Assembly: GCF_009914755.1 (NCBI RefSeq)
Contig: NC_060926.1
DNA length: 64,000 nt
Reading direction: 5' to 3' (one strand)
DNA from: the human T2T-CHM13v2.0 reference genome, Homo sapiens
Of the stretch, positions 40,901 to 54,187 are shown one piece after another; within the stretch, counting starts at the first letter, position 1, and every line of letters begins with the position of its first letter. The notes beneath the pieces are model-generated. The model saw only the letters and a program-made list of their open reading frames with translations, did no database searches and had not been told where the DNA came from. The translations under genes and the position numbers were made by a program.

Positions 40901-41208
40901 TAATAGTCTGCCTTATCCTCCACGGATATGTTCCAAGACCCCCAGTGGGTGCCTGAACCTTGGACAGTACTGAACCCCATATATACTATGTTGTTTTTTA
41001 TACATACATACCTGTTATAAAGTTTAATTTGTAAAGTAGGCACAGTAAGAGATTAACAATAGAATAATTATAACAATGTAATAAAAATTACATGAATATG
41101 GTCTCTTTCTTTCTTAAAATGCCCCATATTCACCTATTTTCAGACCATGGTTGACTATGGGTAACTGAAACCCTGGAAAAGAAAACCACGGGTAATTGGG
41201 GACCACTG
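40901..41208 (-). mobile_element. MER44A/Tigger-type element inserted in a MIR (~40780-41270)
   Basis: 'gttccaagacccccagtgggtgcctgaa...gggtaactgaaacc...ccactg' followed by TA. Confidence 0.8.
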
Positions 41209-41309
41209 TACTATCTCTCTCAAAGAATAGTTATGAATATTACATGACAGAACCAGTATTAAGTACCTAGGAAAAAAACAAAAGCAACATTGAAAACCTC
41301 AACCTTTTA

Positions 41310-41780
41310 TTGTGGCTACTCTGGGCCAGGCACTGTTCTGAGTACATAATCTTTTTTAACTCCTTTAATCCTCAGGGAAATAATATTATCTCCATTTTAC
41401 AAAGGATAAACTGAGGTAAAGGTGAGGTAACTTGCCCAAAGTCACACAGGTGTTAAGTGCCAGAACTAGGACATGTGCCCAGGCAGCCTGACTCGGAGGC
41501 TTCAGAAGTTCAGTTTTTTTTCCCATCCCCTTAACCCAAAGAGCTGCTGACTTTCACATAGGATTAGCCACTCATGCCTGCACATATTGTGTTGTTACAC
41601 TGCACACGCATGTTTAGGTTTTGCTTACTGCACAACTTTGGGTAAGTTATATAACTGGTCTATCCTCAGTCTCTACACCAGCAAAATGGGGATACAACGG
41701 TTCTTTCATTAGATGATTGCTAGAAACAAGTAAGATAATCAAGACAAAAGGCTGAGAAGAGTGCTTGACACATAGGACGG
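41310..41780. mobile_element. Two MIR fragments (~41310-41500, ~41620-41780)
   Basis: 'ctccattttacaaaggataaactgagg...aggtaacttgcccaaagtcacacag' and 'actttgggtaagtta...cctcagtctct...aaaatgggga'. Confidence 0.7.
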
Positions 41781-43899
41781 GCTCCACTTAGGAAGTGCTT
41801 TTAACATCCAAAGTAATGAACAATGCAATATATTAGGAAAATTCTTGGTCTTCTATGGCTTGGTGAGGCACACAAGATTTTGTGGCTGGCTGAATCCAGT
41901 ATTTTCAAATGGCTATCCTTGTTCTCTGGCAAACATACTGCATTTAAAAATAGATTTCTCATTCAATCAATGAAAAGAAATACAGGTTCACAGGATTCTG
42001 GTTAGTAAGAAATGAGACTGGGCCTAGATAAAATCTGACTGAAAGCAAGAATCTGAATAACAATAATAATAATAATAATACGATCAGAGCAGTCTTCTTG
42101 GAGGTTTTTAGGTTACGAATTATATTCCACCCACTGGATAAATGTTACAGTTAATGGTCAAAGAATTTGTGAAAAATCTATGGCCTGGCTAAAAAAAAAA
42201 AAAAAAAAAACTTTGGGTGATACAGGTGAAAGCAATTTTATCCCCAACACTGTTGAATACCAGGAACTTTATACATGAAAAAAGCACAGCTTTTGTGAGC
42301 ATGTTGGACATAAAACAAAACACCACATTAAAGGAAAGGCTGGAGCGCAGACAGGGCAAATGAACTCATGTGAGCCCTTCTGCAATCACTGTTACGGCTT
42401 TGTATTTATTCATCTTGCACCGCACTTAAATGTGCAATAAAAAGCAAAAAGTGTGCAACACTTATTACTCTAGCTGCTTTTACTTGTTCCATAGAGATAC
42501 GTGAAACAATTTCACTGCTCAGATTGAGGGAAAGAGGAGCTCATCTCATTTCAAGCCTGTAGCTGCTGCCACAGCCTCAGCACCATGTTCTAATCATAGA
42601 ATTCATCATGTAAATCTCTAGCAGATGATGCCATTGGAAAACAGAAACTGCCATGGATCCAGAAATGCTTCCAAATTTCTCCTCTAAAGTTCTTATCTGT
42701 GAGCCCAGAGGCTGGTGCTGTTTTATTCAAATGGGTGAGGCCCATTGGGAAACCCGCATTCTTTGGGAGACTTTATGAAGAATTTCAACCATTCCTTGAC
42801 TATAGAAAGGGCCTTTATCATTTATTTCACATATGAAAATGCTAAATATTTCACAACTACTCCAACTTATTTCTGAGTGTCTAAATCTATTCTGAAAAGG
42901 GTATGCATCACACACATACCTGTGTAGCTTATTAACTACCAATAAGAGCTCACACAAATTGCAGGGGGTATGAAAGAGTAGACTTCTGGAACTGTCCAGA
43001 AAAGAAGAGAAGGTACATTTCCTGGTTTTAAGATGAAAGAGCTTGTGTAAATTAGAACATTACAGGAGCCTTTTAAATTGTCTTAGGGATACCTTTGGGG
43101 CATCATCGCTGGTTCCTGGTGAGTCTTTTTTCTCCCTGTGATGTTAACAGGAAGTCCCTAAAACTGGCTTTGCTATTAAAATACAGACATCTGCTGCTCT
43201 CCTAATTTTTGTTCCTTTTAAAAGGCAGTACTCCCAAGAAACTCTTGGATATTGTGAGAATTAAGAGCTGGGAGATGGGGATGGAATCTTTGTCTCCCTA
43301 ACACATTCATCAGTTCCCTCCCTAGAGCCCCCCTACAACCTCAGCACACAGCAGCAGCCCACTCCTCCAAATACGCCAGGGCTGGAAAGATTCATGTTGC
43401 AATACCCTCCTGACATTCCTCATTTTAATTCGCTCACTTTTTTTTTTTTTTTTTTTAAACAAAATGTAATTACTTGACTGTCAGCCTGGGCTGCACTCTG
43501 GGGCTTTTACTCCTTTCAACACAGCTGCGCTCCCGGCTTTGATGCTGCTGTCCACGCAGCTTGTCCCAGCCACAGCCTGGCTCTCAGTAATGTAACATTC
43601 AAGTGCATATTTATTTTTAAACTGACCTCTCCTAGACTGCACAGTATAAAGGAGATCCTGCCCAAAAATATGCTACTTTCTATTTATAAGATGAAACACA
43701 TGCCTCCCAAAGTCGAGAGAGGGATAGAGTATAATAATTCATAACGAAAAATGGCCAGATCCATTCATCCTCACATGTCTGATACTTGTCTGTGTCAAGC
43801 CACTTAGTTTCAAGGAGAAAGGGAAGAAAACAAAAAACAAAAAACCTTGTAAACGTCTCAGCTGTTCACCGTCAAAAAACAAAAAAGTCAATATCCAGA

Positions 43900-45880
43900 T
43901 CTGCAGGTTGGCGCCCCACTAACAATGTCCTCCATTAAGAAAGAGGAGGGCACCGGGCAGGCGATGCCACGGCAGAGCTGTGCGATGCACCCATGTGCGG
44001 CCCTGGTACCAATCCATGATGCGAGGGGCGCGGTAGCCAAGCGCGGCTTGTTCTCAGATGGAAAAATGCTATACGCGCCCAGAATGGCTCTGCCAATAGC
44101 TCGGAGGGTGCAATGTGGCCGCGCAGCCCCACCCTGAAAAGTAGTGGGCACAAATGGTGGAGCTCTGAGTCCTGGTCGTGCCGCCGGACCCCCTCCTGGC
44201 TTGCTTTATGTCCCCTTCGTTCCGTTGGACACTAGATGGGAAAGCGATGCCCTGGGTATCCCGACTCCCTGCTGGTTTCCCAGCCTAACACCAGCGCACG
44301 CCGGAAGCGGCCACGGCCGCGGGCGGGACAGACTCACAGACAGGTAGAGAGGAAGGAGCCCTGGGCTGCCCCGACTCACCGGCCGCCGCTGAGGATCCCA
44401 GCCGCTGCCCCGGGCCTCCCGCGGGCGCACGCAATCCCTGCCGCTGTGCGCAGATCCAGCCGAGTCTGCCGGCGTGGTGCCTGCTCACCGCATTATCCGC
44501 TCCGAGACGGCGTGAAGGCGCCCCAGGCCGGTGGCCGGGTCTCCGGGCTAGCCCCGCGCTGCGGTCCCCCGGCCGCGAGAGAAGGTGCGCGCGACTGAGC
44601 GCGGGGCGGCCGGACGCGAGGACTGAACCTGCGGAGGGCGGGGCGGCGCGGGGCGGGGCCGGCGGCGCGGGGACTCACTGGGGCGGGGCGGAGGGCGCGG
44701 GCAGCGGGGCCGACCCTCCCAGCCGCGGTACCTGTGCCCTGGCCCGGGGCCAACCGGTGGCCGGGCGCGCGCGCAGGGGTGGGGGGGTCACCGTTGGACC
44801 CTCGGAGGACAATGGGCGCCCATTGTTACCTCCCCAGCGCCACCCCCCAGTAGGCGACTTCTCTCGGAGAAGATGCCGCTTTCGACTCCCTAAGCACAAA
44901 GAAAGGTCGCCGGACGCTCGGTTTAAAGAGGGACCCGGAGGTGCTGCCGCCCGGGTGCACGGGGACAATAGGACTCCGCCCGCACCCCGGACTCCCGCAC
45001 TAAAACTCGTGCGCCCACCTCTCCCGATCCCAACAGGCCGACCTAGCTGTGCGAGTGGCGGGCGGTGACCCGCAGGGAAGCGAGGCCACCTGAGTGCGCC
45101 GCCCCGGCCAGGCCGCAGCTCCCCGGGTCCCTCTCAGCCCGGGCTCCGGTGGGCGCGGAGGGGGAGGGTCGCGTTCTGTCAGTTTCTAGCTCGCTCCCCT
45201 CAGAGCTGCAGCCAAAACCCGGAGAGTGGAATGAGCGCCCTGAAGATGCCGGAGCTCCCGGCTGAGCAACTGGACACGCGACGAACAGCAGACGCTACAG
45301 GTTCTCCTACCCAGAGGGAGGCGTTTCTTCTCCCTCAGGGTCTTTCAAAAGGATTTGCCTAAAGCTGGGGCAAGCCGGTGGCGGCTGCCCCAGACGCGCG
45401 ACGAGGCGCAAGTGGCGCAGCTGCCGGCCCGAGAGAGTAAAATTCAGGCCGCGGTGGCACCTGCGCCCGCCGGTCACCCGGCCACCGCCAGCGCCGCCGC
45501 CCGGCGCGCCCCTCCCCTCCGCCGGGGCCCGAGCGTGAACCGGGTTAATGAATGCTAATTTTCTTAATCGGCCTCCGTCTCTTCCTCCTCCGCGAGTCGT
45601 CGGCCTGGGGAAGGAGTAGGCGACAGGAAAGGGCGGTGTTTTCCGGCTGGGAGGTCCCAGCCGGCATGGTCAGCCAGGGGAGGGGGCTGGGACCCCTGGG
45701 AGTCGGACGCTGGGGGCCTGGCCTCTGCCCTGAGACTCTCGGGTTGGATGGAAATCCTGGCACAACGCGGAGAACCTCCCGGATACCTTGGCTTTGCCGA
45801 GAGATATCAGCTTCAGGTCATCACCGCGGTGCCCCGGGTCTGTCTGAAACCTTAGAGGGTGCGCCTTAAGCCGATGTTGT
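43900..45880. promoter_or_regulatory. CpG island / CDC42EP3 promoter
   Basis: Abrupt rise in GC and CpG density relative to the CpG-depleted flanks; several GGGGCGGGG Sp/KLF boxes at ~44636-44710. Confidence 0.95.
44380..44596 (-). other. CDC42EP3: Non-coding first exon of CDC42EP3 (main form; 5' end approximate)
   Basis: Consensus donor CCG|GTGAGT at 44380/44379 inside the CpG island; Inr-like TCAGT with +1 near 44596; GC boxes immediately upstream. Confidence 0.75.
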
Positions 45881-46714
45881 AAACCCAGGCTGACTTTAAG
45901 GTGAAGTGAAAAGGAAAGGCACACAATCTGGAAAGCAAAATACTTGGGTGGGGTGTTAAAAGCCTCAAAGAAAAATAGTAGTTGGCAGGTCAAATGGCCA
46001 TGAGGTTGGAAGTCAAATACGAAACTCGGCTGAAGTGATGTTAGAAGTTTGACAAGCAAAAACAGTCCGTGAAGATAAGAGACCCAGCATTGTTTCCCTT
46101 CTTCAAAAGACAACTCGTCCAAAGTTTCCTTTGGCAGATACCTGGATTCTACTCCAGATTCCTGAGCATTTTACTTGGGTTTCATATTTCAAAATATATG
46201 TTCCATTTGGCACTAATGTATATATTTTATATATTAATTTATTGAAAAATATTAAATGTTCCTGGCCTACTTAGAAAAAGGTATTTTTATAAATATTTAT
46301 GCATAGTTTTCATTACATAGGGTATTTTATAAGTCCAAATAATATGTGTATATATATAAAATACCACATGCAAAATTCCTTTTGAACACATAAAGACATT
46401 CCCGACACACATGTCTTGTATGTAATTTTTTTCACGTGATCTATTGTTAGCTGCTGTTAAAAGCACTTTATTTCTACATGGCCAAATAAATAACTTCTTT
46501 TACAGTTTTTGCAAATATAGAGTGGCAGTTTGTCTGAAACGGCATTTTTATTGTAAAACCTATTTTTACTTTTCTACATTATCCCTTGCCTTTTAGAGGC
46601 TTTCTCTCCCTCTGCCGTTTTTAAATGAGACTTCACTGCTGGACTCTAAACAGTTATCCAGGACCTGCTCATTCAAGGGCCTGGTGGTTTGATTTATCTT
46701 GGCTCCTTTGGCCT

Positions 46715-46892
46715 CGCCTCCCCACCCCTCCCCTGCCCTCCCCTCCCCACCCCTCCGCTTCCCTCCCCTCCCCTTCCCTTCCTTTCCTTTTTTTTTTTTT
46801 TTCCCCAGGGTCTCAAACTCCTGGCCTCAAGTGATCCTTCTGCCTCAGCCTCCGAAAGTGCTGGGATTACAGGCATGAGCCACCATGCCCTG
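46715..46892 (-). mobile_element. Partial Alu (J/FLAM-like) with CT-rich simple repeat
   Basis: (CCCCT)-like run and T tract, then 'ggtctcaaactcctggcctcaagtgatc...gctgggattacaggcatgagccacc'. Confidence 0.85.
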
Positions 46893-47329
46893 TGCCTCAC
46901 GTTATTTCTTTGTACTGAACATCTTCAGTGAGTAACTGATCCCTCATATAGTGAATTATTCTTCCAAATGAGTGCATTTCCTGTGCTAACTATGATAGCT
47001 TGTAGAGTTGATGGATTTAGGTTTCAACATGTTATGGGACTCTACTACCGGAAGAGAGGAAAAAGCTTTGCTTCAGGAAGATTTTAGGAGTTTTGAGATT
47101 CTGCTGTGAATTTTGGAAAGGTTTAGCCTTAAAAACATTTGGTGGTAACCTTAGAAGCCTGGTATCTGTAGACCACCTGTCAGGCCCAACAGTGGGCTGT
47201 TTTTCTATTAGTCCCTACTTGGGAGAAAAGCCAAGTAGTATTGTCAGTGCCCTTGCTGTCCAGAAACCTGTGATCTACCTAAGTGCAGAGAGCACCTTGC
47301 CAGTGTACACAAGCAAATGCTGACCACAT

Positions 47330-47462
47330 TCTAGTCTCTTGCTACCAAGTATGGTCCCAGGACCAGCAGCACCAAGCCTCACTCCAGGGCTACCAAGTTG
47401 GAATCTTCAGTCTAATGAAATGTGGATAGTTTGCGTGCAGATTTAATGTTTGAGAAGCACCG
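47330..47462. mobile_element. MER5-like DNA transposon
   Basis: 'aagtatggtcccaggaccagcagca...gtttgagaagcac'. Confidence 0.6.
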
Positions 47463-47939
47463 TCCATGAGTGCTTGGTGGTTCTCCACCTTTCAAAGCTA
47501 CAAACTCATTTGAAAATCTCATGGGATTTATGAGCACCCTTGGAAAAGCATATTGATTGATACACAAAATTTTTCATATGCAGTTTCAGAGTTCCTGTAA
47601 ATAATCTATTGATGCCAGGGAAGTCCTAGGTTAAGACCCCCTAGTCACAAAGAAGATTGACTCAGTGTCAGCTGGAGGAGTTAAGAGAAGATTCTCACAG
47701 GGGGCAGAGCTTAAATTAAACCTGGGGAATTTGATAGGAAGAGGAGTAAAGAAGAGCATTTCAAGCTGTTGAAATGCAAAGGTCCTGAGAGGGAAAAAGA
47801 GAATGTCCTTTTTTGTATGTGTTCATGTGAAACTTAATGAGGAGATTGTTGTTTGACAGCAGGCTTTCCTTGCAATTCCTTATCATCACTTGAACGTCCA
47901 GAAAATGAAGCCAGACTGTGGACTCAGTAGTCATTCCAC

Positions 47940-48375
47940 TTTGGGTGTGCAAGAACCCTATGACATGGGGGTTTCACATAAGATCTCATTTCCTACTACT
48001 TTGCTCACCTCTCACTCTGCCCCAGCCACATTGGCCTTCAGGCTGTTCCAGGCACTCCCGACAACAGAGCCTGGCCCACTCTTGTCTGTGTGGGGATTCT
48101 TCCCCAAATCAGCAAAAGGCTCGTTAAGATCTTTATTCAAATGAGACTTCAAGGGAGAGGCTTTCTTTCTAAAATAGCAGCCCCTCCCACACTCCCTTTC
48201 CCTAAATAAAACAGGAAGAACAATTGCTTCACTACTTGCGTTATATTTATTTACAAATTCATTTATGGCCTGTTTCCTTAAATGTATGAACTTTATTTGC
48301 TGCTGTATCTCCTGTGCCTAGAATAGGGCCTGGCATATAGTAGGTACTCAATAAATGTTTATTGAATAAATGATC
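47940..48375 (+). mobile_element. L2 3' end
   Basis: Ends 'gcctagaatagggcctggcatatagtaggtactcaataaatgtttattgaataaatga'. Confidence 0.85.
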
Positions 48376-49439
48376 TTTTAACTACAACCAGTAATGAGTG
48401 TAAAGGCCATGTTTACAACTCTATAGCTACGAAATCATAATATATGAAACATTCTTGGAATATACCACATGTTTGCTGAGACTGAATTTTCAACCACTTC
48501 TCTTTAGTCTAATGAAACAAGAAACACTAAACACATGGAACATTTTAAGTTTGAAAATTCAAACATTTTAAAGTAAGACTTACAAAAAACGTCTGTATAG
48601 TCCATGTATAATGCACAACTATTTTTCTTCTGGCAAAGCTGAGACACATTCATGTGTACTCAGCTGGGGTTTTCTTCCAAAATGCCACATCCAGGCTGAA
48701 TTCATGTGTGTATGGTCTGGATTATCCCCCTAAGTTAGATTTAAGGAAAATGTAGGAGAAGCTGGAAGGTTAGAACATTTTGAATGAGAATTTCCTTAAA
48801 GCTTGAGTATTCTCCTCCTTACTACCCAATTAAAATTTCACCAGTCCTGGAAATATGTCAACCTCTGCTAATGAACTTGATTGACTAATTGCCAAGGCTA
48901 AGGAATTTTCTAACCAGTGATTTCCTTGTAAATAAAGAAATTTAGGTCACATCTTGGTTGGGAGATTTCAGCTTTGCCTAATCAAATGCAGCAGGAAATG
49001 GTATACTATGAGATATACTATGAGAGGCTATGTTTGCATGAGGACTACAGGCCTAGGGTACAGTTCTAAGCAGGTTACACGGTCACTCACCATAACCACC
49101 AAATACGTTTTTCGCATTTGTATTAGCTCTTGAACTTGGGCCAGCACCAATTTAATTTGTGCATAAGACCTTCAAATATAGATGTATACTTGATCCTGTT
49201 AGTGTAAACCAGTGACTAATAAAGAGCATTACTGTATATTTATATAGCCTTCTATACTTCTAAAAACACTTTTTCATTTCATCTTCATTTTAGGTCGTTC
49301 TGTTCTTGCTGGGTAGGTAAGGCATTTATGGTTGATTTACACATTTCTTCTTTCCAGAAGGGATTTGAGGCAAAGTAGAAGGCTTTTGTATAGAATGAGT
49401 CATTCCTTTTTTTTCCAGCTTTACTGAGGTATAATTGAT

Positions 49440-49870
49440 TGAGTCATGCCTATTGTACTCTTTGTTATGTGTTCTTTCCCCACATACCTGTATGTCTCCC
49501 TCCTTAGCTTTCTTCCCATGTCTGCTTAAATCTGAACTCCCAGAGGCCTGCCTTCCAAGACATCCTAAAGTATCACCCATGGCCTTCCTTATCCCAGTAC
49601 CCCCTTTATTCTTCTACATAGCACTTAACACCTGACATGTTGATTGTATATTTATTTGTTTATTGCCTCCCTGCTCCCCATACCACTAGAATATAAACTC
49701 CATGAGGGGCAGAAATATTGCCTATTTTATTCATGGCTGTATCCCAACCCCGTGATCAGTGCTTGGCACATAGTAGAGATTTAATAAATATTTGTTGAAT
49801 GAATAAATGAATGAAGCCCCAGTGCTTAGGGCAGGCGCCTGTCATGTGATAAATATTTGTTGAATTAAAC
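49440..49870 (+). mobile_element. L2 3' end
   Basis: 'tagaatataaactccatgagggg...cagtgcttggcacatagtag...aaatatttgttgaatgaataaatgaatga'. Confidence 0.85.
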
Positions 49871-50171
49871 AAAGCTTTAATGAATGAGCTAGAGAAAGGT
49901 CTGTGACTCATTCAAGGTTATGCAGACAGTGATAACTTGCTTTATCTAGATGCGAATCCCCGCTAATTCTTTCTCCAAGCCTTCTTCATTTGTATACCTC
50001 GTAGCAAATCCAGCCTGTTGTAATGTCAGAATGTCTTTGTTCATCCTTTTTGGTACCTGACAAAAATTGAACATTATAGAGCTTTGATAGTGATTACAGG
50101 ATGAGCAAGAAAAAATGACTATTTCAGTTAATGCTCTGGGTTAGTGAGACACAATAAAAAAGAGAGAGGTC

Positions 50172-50450
50172 GGTTGGCCGCGGTGGCTCATACCTGTAAT
50201 CCCAGCACTTTCGGAGGTGGAGGCAGGTAGATCACAAGGCCAAGATGGTGCAACCCTGTCCCTACCAAAAATACAAAAAAATTAGCCAGGTGCAGTGGCA
50301 GTCACCTGTAATCACAGCTACTCGGGAGGCTGAGGCAGAGAATTGCTTGAACCCAGGAGGCAGAGGTTGCAGTGAGCCAAGATCGTGCCACTGCACTCCA
50401 GCCTGGGCGACAGAGCGAGCCTCCATCTCAAAAAAAAAAAAAAAAAAAAG
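50172..50450 (+). mobile_element. AluS with a left-arm deletion
   Basis: TSD agagagaggtc at 50161-50171 and 50451-50461. Confidence 0.92.
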
Positions 50451-52071
50451 AGAGAGAGGTCTGCAATGATACCGCCCCCAACTTCTGCTTCCCTGCATGC
50501 ATTCATGCACATGGATAGAAGAACACATACTCCTACACCATCCCCCAAAACACACACCTACACCTAGCAGTGTGCACCAAGGACAGATCATCTTCTGAGG
50601 GTTAATTACAGATCACTTCATTTGGACTCCCATAAAGGGAACCAGGAAATGTGCAGTAGAGGACACCCAGGATTGTTCTTGCATTTACTTCACAAACAGC
50701 AACCCATAGGGATATATGTAAACCGCATCAGACAATTGTCTCTTCCTCCTTTTAGGGCCCCAAGGTGGCTTGCACTTAGGGACAGCATCCTTCCCTGTGG
50801 CTCATGTTTCTGATGTGCTGGGCTCTTCAACCTGGTACTGTGGATGCTCTGAAGGCCCCTTCTTGGCCATGCCTGATTTTCAGAAATGTTCACCTGGTCG
50901 TCAACACTGCAGAAACAATGGTCGTGGTGTCTTCCTCAACAAAGATAACAGATAGATGCGGGGCCTTGAGAGTACTTGGAACTCCCTGGCTACTGACTGA
51001 ACAGGTTGGAGCCAGAGGGGAGGGGAGCCATTTTACACATTTAAGGCGTGTTTATTGGGTGTCTACTTTGTGCCAAGGAATTGGGCCAACAGTGCTGGCA
51101 CTCTCCTTGGGCTGACCTATATTCCTCTTATTTTTCAAACCAGTGGACTCGATGTGGAAACTATGTTGTCGAAACCCTCCATCTGAACATTCCAGAGACA
51201 TCTAGATGCCCCTGACTGTAATCAGATCACTTGTCTGAGCATCAGGACATGCACACATGCAAGAGTCAACACTTGGTAATCCCGTGCTTTGCACTTTTGT
51301 CTGGAAATGCTATTATACTGACACAAGTGAGCACTGAATGCTGAGCTGCTTCTTCCAAGGTAGTCATCTCCTCTGTGGCACTATATTAAAATCTTTGTGC
51401 CTAAGAGTGGTCTAGGACTTCCTTTTTGGTTTGTAAAGTCTTATCTTTAAATTGTTTCTAATTATGGACTTGCCTAGAAAACAAAGGTAAGAATTTGCAC
51501 GTTCATGCCATTATATTATAGCCCTTAGAACCCGCTGCACAGCTCTGTTTGCTAGTGAATATGACCTAACACTCTTATTGTCATTCAACTTATATTTATT
51601 GAACACCAGAGTGTAAGGCATTGTGACAGGTACTCTAAAAGGTACAAAGATGAATATGCTTCCTACACCTAAGTAGGTTAAACTTGTACAGATGATAAAA
51701 CGAGCACCCAAGTCACTATAATACCAGATAATATATAATAAATAATAAATGTTATCAATTCCATGTTTTCCAAATGCCAAATAGGGATGCATATTCTGAT
51801 ACGTTATCTGACAATGGGACAATATGTATTGCAATTGGGATTATCTGGGATGTGTGGCCCACTAATACTGATATTTCACTATACACTGGTGGTTTTGAAG
51901 TTTTCTCCCTTTTGAATGGAATTGTAAGCAAGACCTCAATGCTTATTACAGGTGAACGTGCAGCTGCTCTGGTTGAGCTATAATGAGTGAGAAGTCCTTC
52001 TCTCTTCGTCCCCCACCCCCATTCTCTCGCCAAGGGGTTCTTGAAACTCCTTCTTGATTCTCACTGGCTCT

Positions 52072-52419
52072 CTTATGGGCTGAATATTTGTATCTCCCTA
52101 AAGTTCCTATGTTGAAATCCTAACCCCTGAAGTGATGGTATTAGGAGGAGAGGCCTTCAGCAGGTGATTAGGTTGGAGCACTCATGAACAGGATTGGTGC
52201 CCTTATAAAAGAGACCTTAGAGAGTTCCCTTGCTGTTTCTGCCAGGTGAGGACATAGCAAGAAGGGTTACCTAGGAACCAGGAAGCAGACCCTCATCTGA
52301 CACCAATCTTGGCCTTGATCCTGGACTTCCCAGCCTCTAGAACTGTGAGATAAATATTTGTTCTTTAAGCCACCCAGTTTATGGTGTTTCTGTTGAACTA
52401 GCTTAAACAAACTAAGACT
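52072..52419 (+). mobile_element. MLT1A-like MaLR LTR
   Basis: 'tatgggctgaat...tatgttgaaatcctaacccc...gcccttataaaagagacc...ggacttcccagcctctagaactgtgaga'. Confidence 0.85.
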
Positions 52420-53334
52420 CCAAGAAACAGCTGAAACCACAGAGAGATGATCAGTAAATAGAATACTTCTGGTTAGAGTAACCAGGATGGCCTGATTAAC
52501 ATGGGCTGATTACTGGGCTTTCCATTGTATAGGGCTGGGGCATGTGGTCTGAGTGCACCTGTTTGTGGTACAGATCTTTAAGACTCAGGTAAATGGCCTC
52601 CATAGAGGATGTCAGTGAGGATCCAGGACTTGACTGGTGAGTTTCACGGCCTGTGTGGTTTTCAGATAAAGTGGTGAAGGATCCGAGGCTCATTTCCAGC
52701 CTCCTGTGCCTTCCTCTTCCTGAGTCCTCCTCTTTCTTCTCTCCACTATAGATGGCTTCCCGCCATCTGTTTCTCAGCCCAAAGCCCTGGCTCCTCTGGA
52801 TATTTGTCTTTTGCCAGCAGCAGTACTCATAGTGGAGCCTAACATTTCTTCCTTTAGCAATGGATCCCAGAAGTACACACCCTGGGCAATGCAATGTTGG
52901 ATGAATAGTGCCATCCCCAAGGAGGCAACGCTTGGTTTGCTTCCAAAGAGGGCTGGCTTGGGAGGCATGAACTCCACAGCCATACACCAATAAACTAGAA
53001 CCCTAGTCCTTTAGTGTAGCATTCTGGCTAATCAAAGTTTTATACCATCTTGGAGCAGAGTTAACAAGCTTCACACATTGCTTGGGAGGGAGGCTGCGTA
53101 CTTTGAGGTTCATGCTGTCCTGAAATCTCCAAATGTTGGGATTATGATGGAGGCATGATGAAGTCTTAGACACCATTCTCTTTTTTAATTGATTTATTAT
53201 TCCTTGTCAATGACCTAGCTCACTATAAAGGAAAGCAGGGCTTATGGAAACCCCAAAGATGGAAGCCATACCCATATTTTTAAAAATATGAGGGCTGTGC
53301 AGAAAATTCAATTAAAAATTGTATTTTTGAGGGG

Positions 53335-53925
53335 TTTCCTTTTAAGTAAACTATATATGTTTTTAGAGCAGTTTTAGAGTCATGGCAAAATTAAGCAGAA
53401 AGAACAGAGAGTTTCCATAATCTTCCCACTCGCACATAGGCACACCCTCCCCGCTATAAAGTCCTACAACAGGGTGGTGCCTTTGTTACAACTGATGAAT
53501 CTACATTAACACATCATTATCCCCCAAAGTCCATCACTTCCATTAGGTTTCATTCGTTATGTTGTGCATTCTATGCATTTTGTCAAATGTAAAATCATAT
53601 GTATCCACCATTGTAGCGTCAGAACAATTCTATTGCCCCGAAAATCCTCTGTGCTCCATTTATTCATTCCTCCCTTCCTTCCCCAATTCCACCCCAGTGA
53701 CCCTGGCAATCACTCATGTTTTTTACTGTCTCCATAGTTTTGACTTATCCAGTATGTCATATAGTTGGAATCATACAGTATGTAGCCTTTTCAGATTGGT
53801 TTCTTTTACTTAACAATATGCACTTAAGGTTCCTCCATATCTTTTCATGGTTTGATAACTCATTTCTTTTTAGCATTGAATAATATCCATCCATCGTATG
53901 GAGGTACCACAGTTTTTTATTTGTT
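53335..53925 (-). mobile_element. L1M (MB/MC-like) fragment
   Basis: 'ttttagagcagttttag...gttacaactgatgaa...catatagttggaatcatacagtatgtagccttttcagattgg'. Confidence 0.8.
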
Positions 53926-54187
53926 CAAGTATTGAATATTTGTTAAGTTCTTACTCCGAATGAGGTATTAAACTATATGCCATTGGGAGACATAATAATA
54001 TAAGACACTATTTATAAAACAAGGCATTGTTCTGTCATACAAGGAACTTATACACCTCTAGGCCTTTGTTAAGTGGTGGAGTGGAGAAATGGGGTCTCAA
54101 GGAAGGAGAAATTCCAGCTGGCTGAGTTTCATGCTTCCTGAAGGGAAGTGCATCTGAGGAGGGATGTGGATGGGTAGGATTCCAACA

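Noticed and set aside
44836-44852. CTCF-like sequence in the promoter
   Set aside because: Too many mismatches to the core consensus.
43888-46122. Many Arg/Pro/Gly/Ala-rich ORFs of 60-150 aa
   Set aside because: Expected from stop-codon scarcity in a CpG island; mostly non-ATG starts and no homology signal.
49002-49025. Tandem 12-bp duplication tatactatgaga (similar small repeats at 33626-33660 and 26147-26180)
   Set aside because: Ordinary slippage duplications; not arrays and not CRISPR-like.
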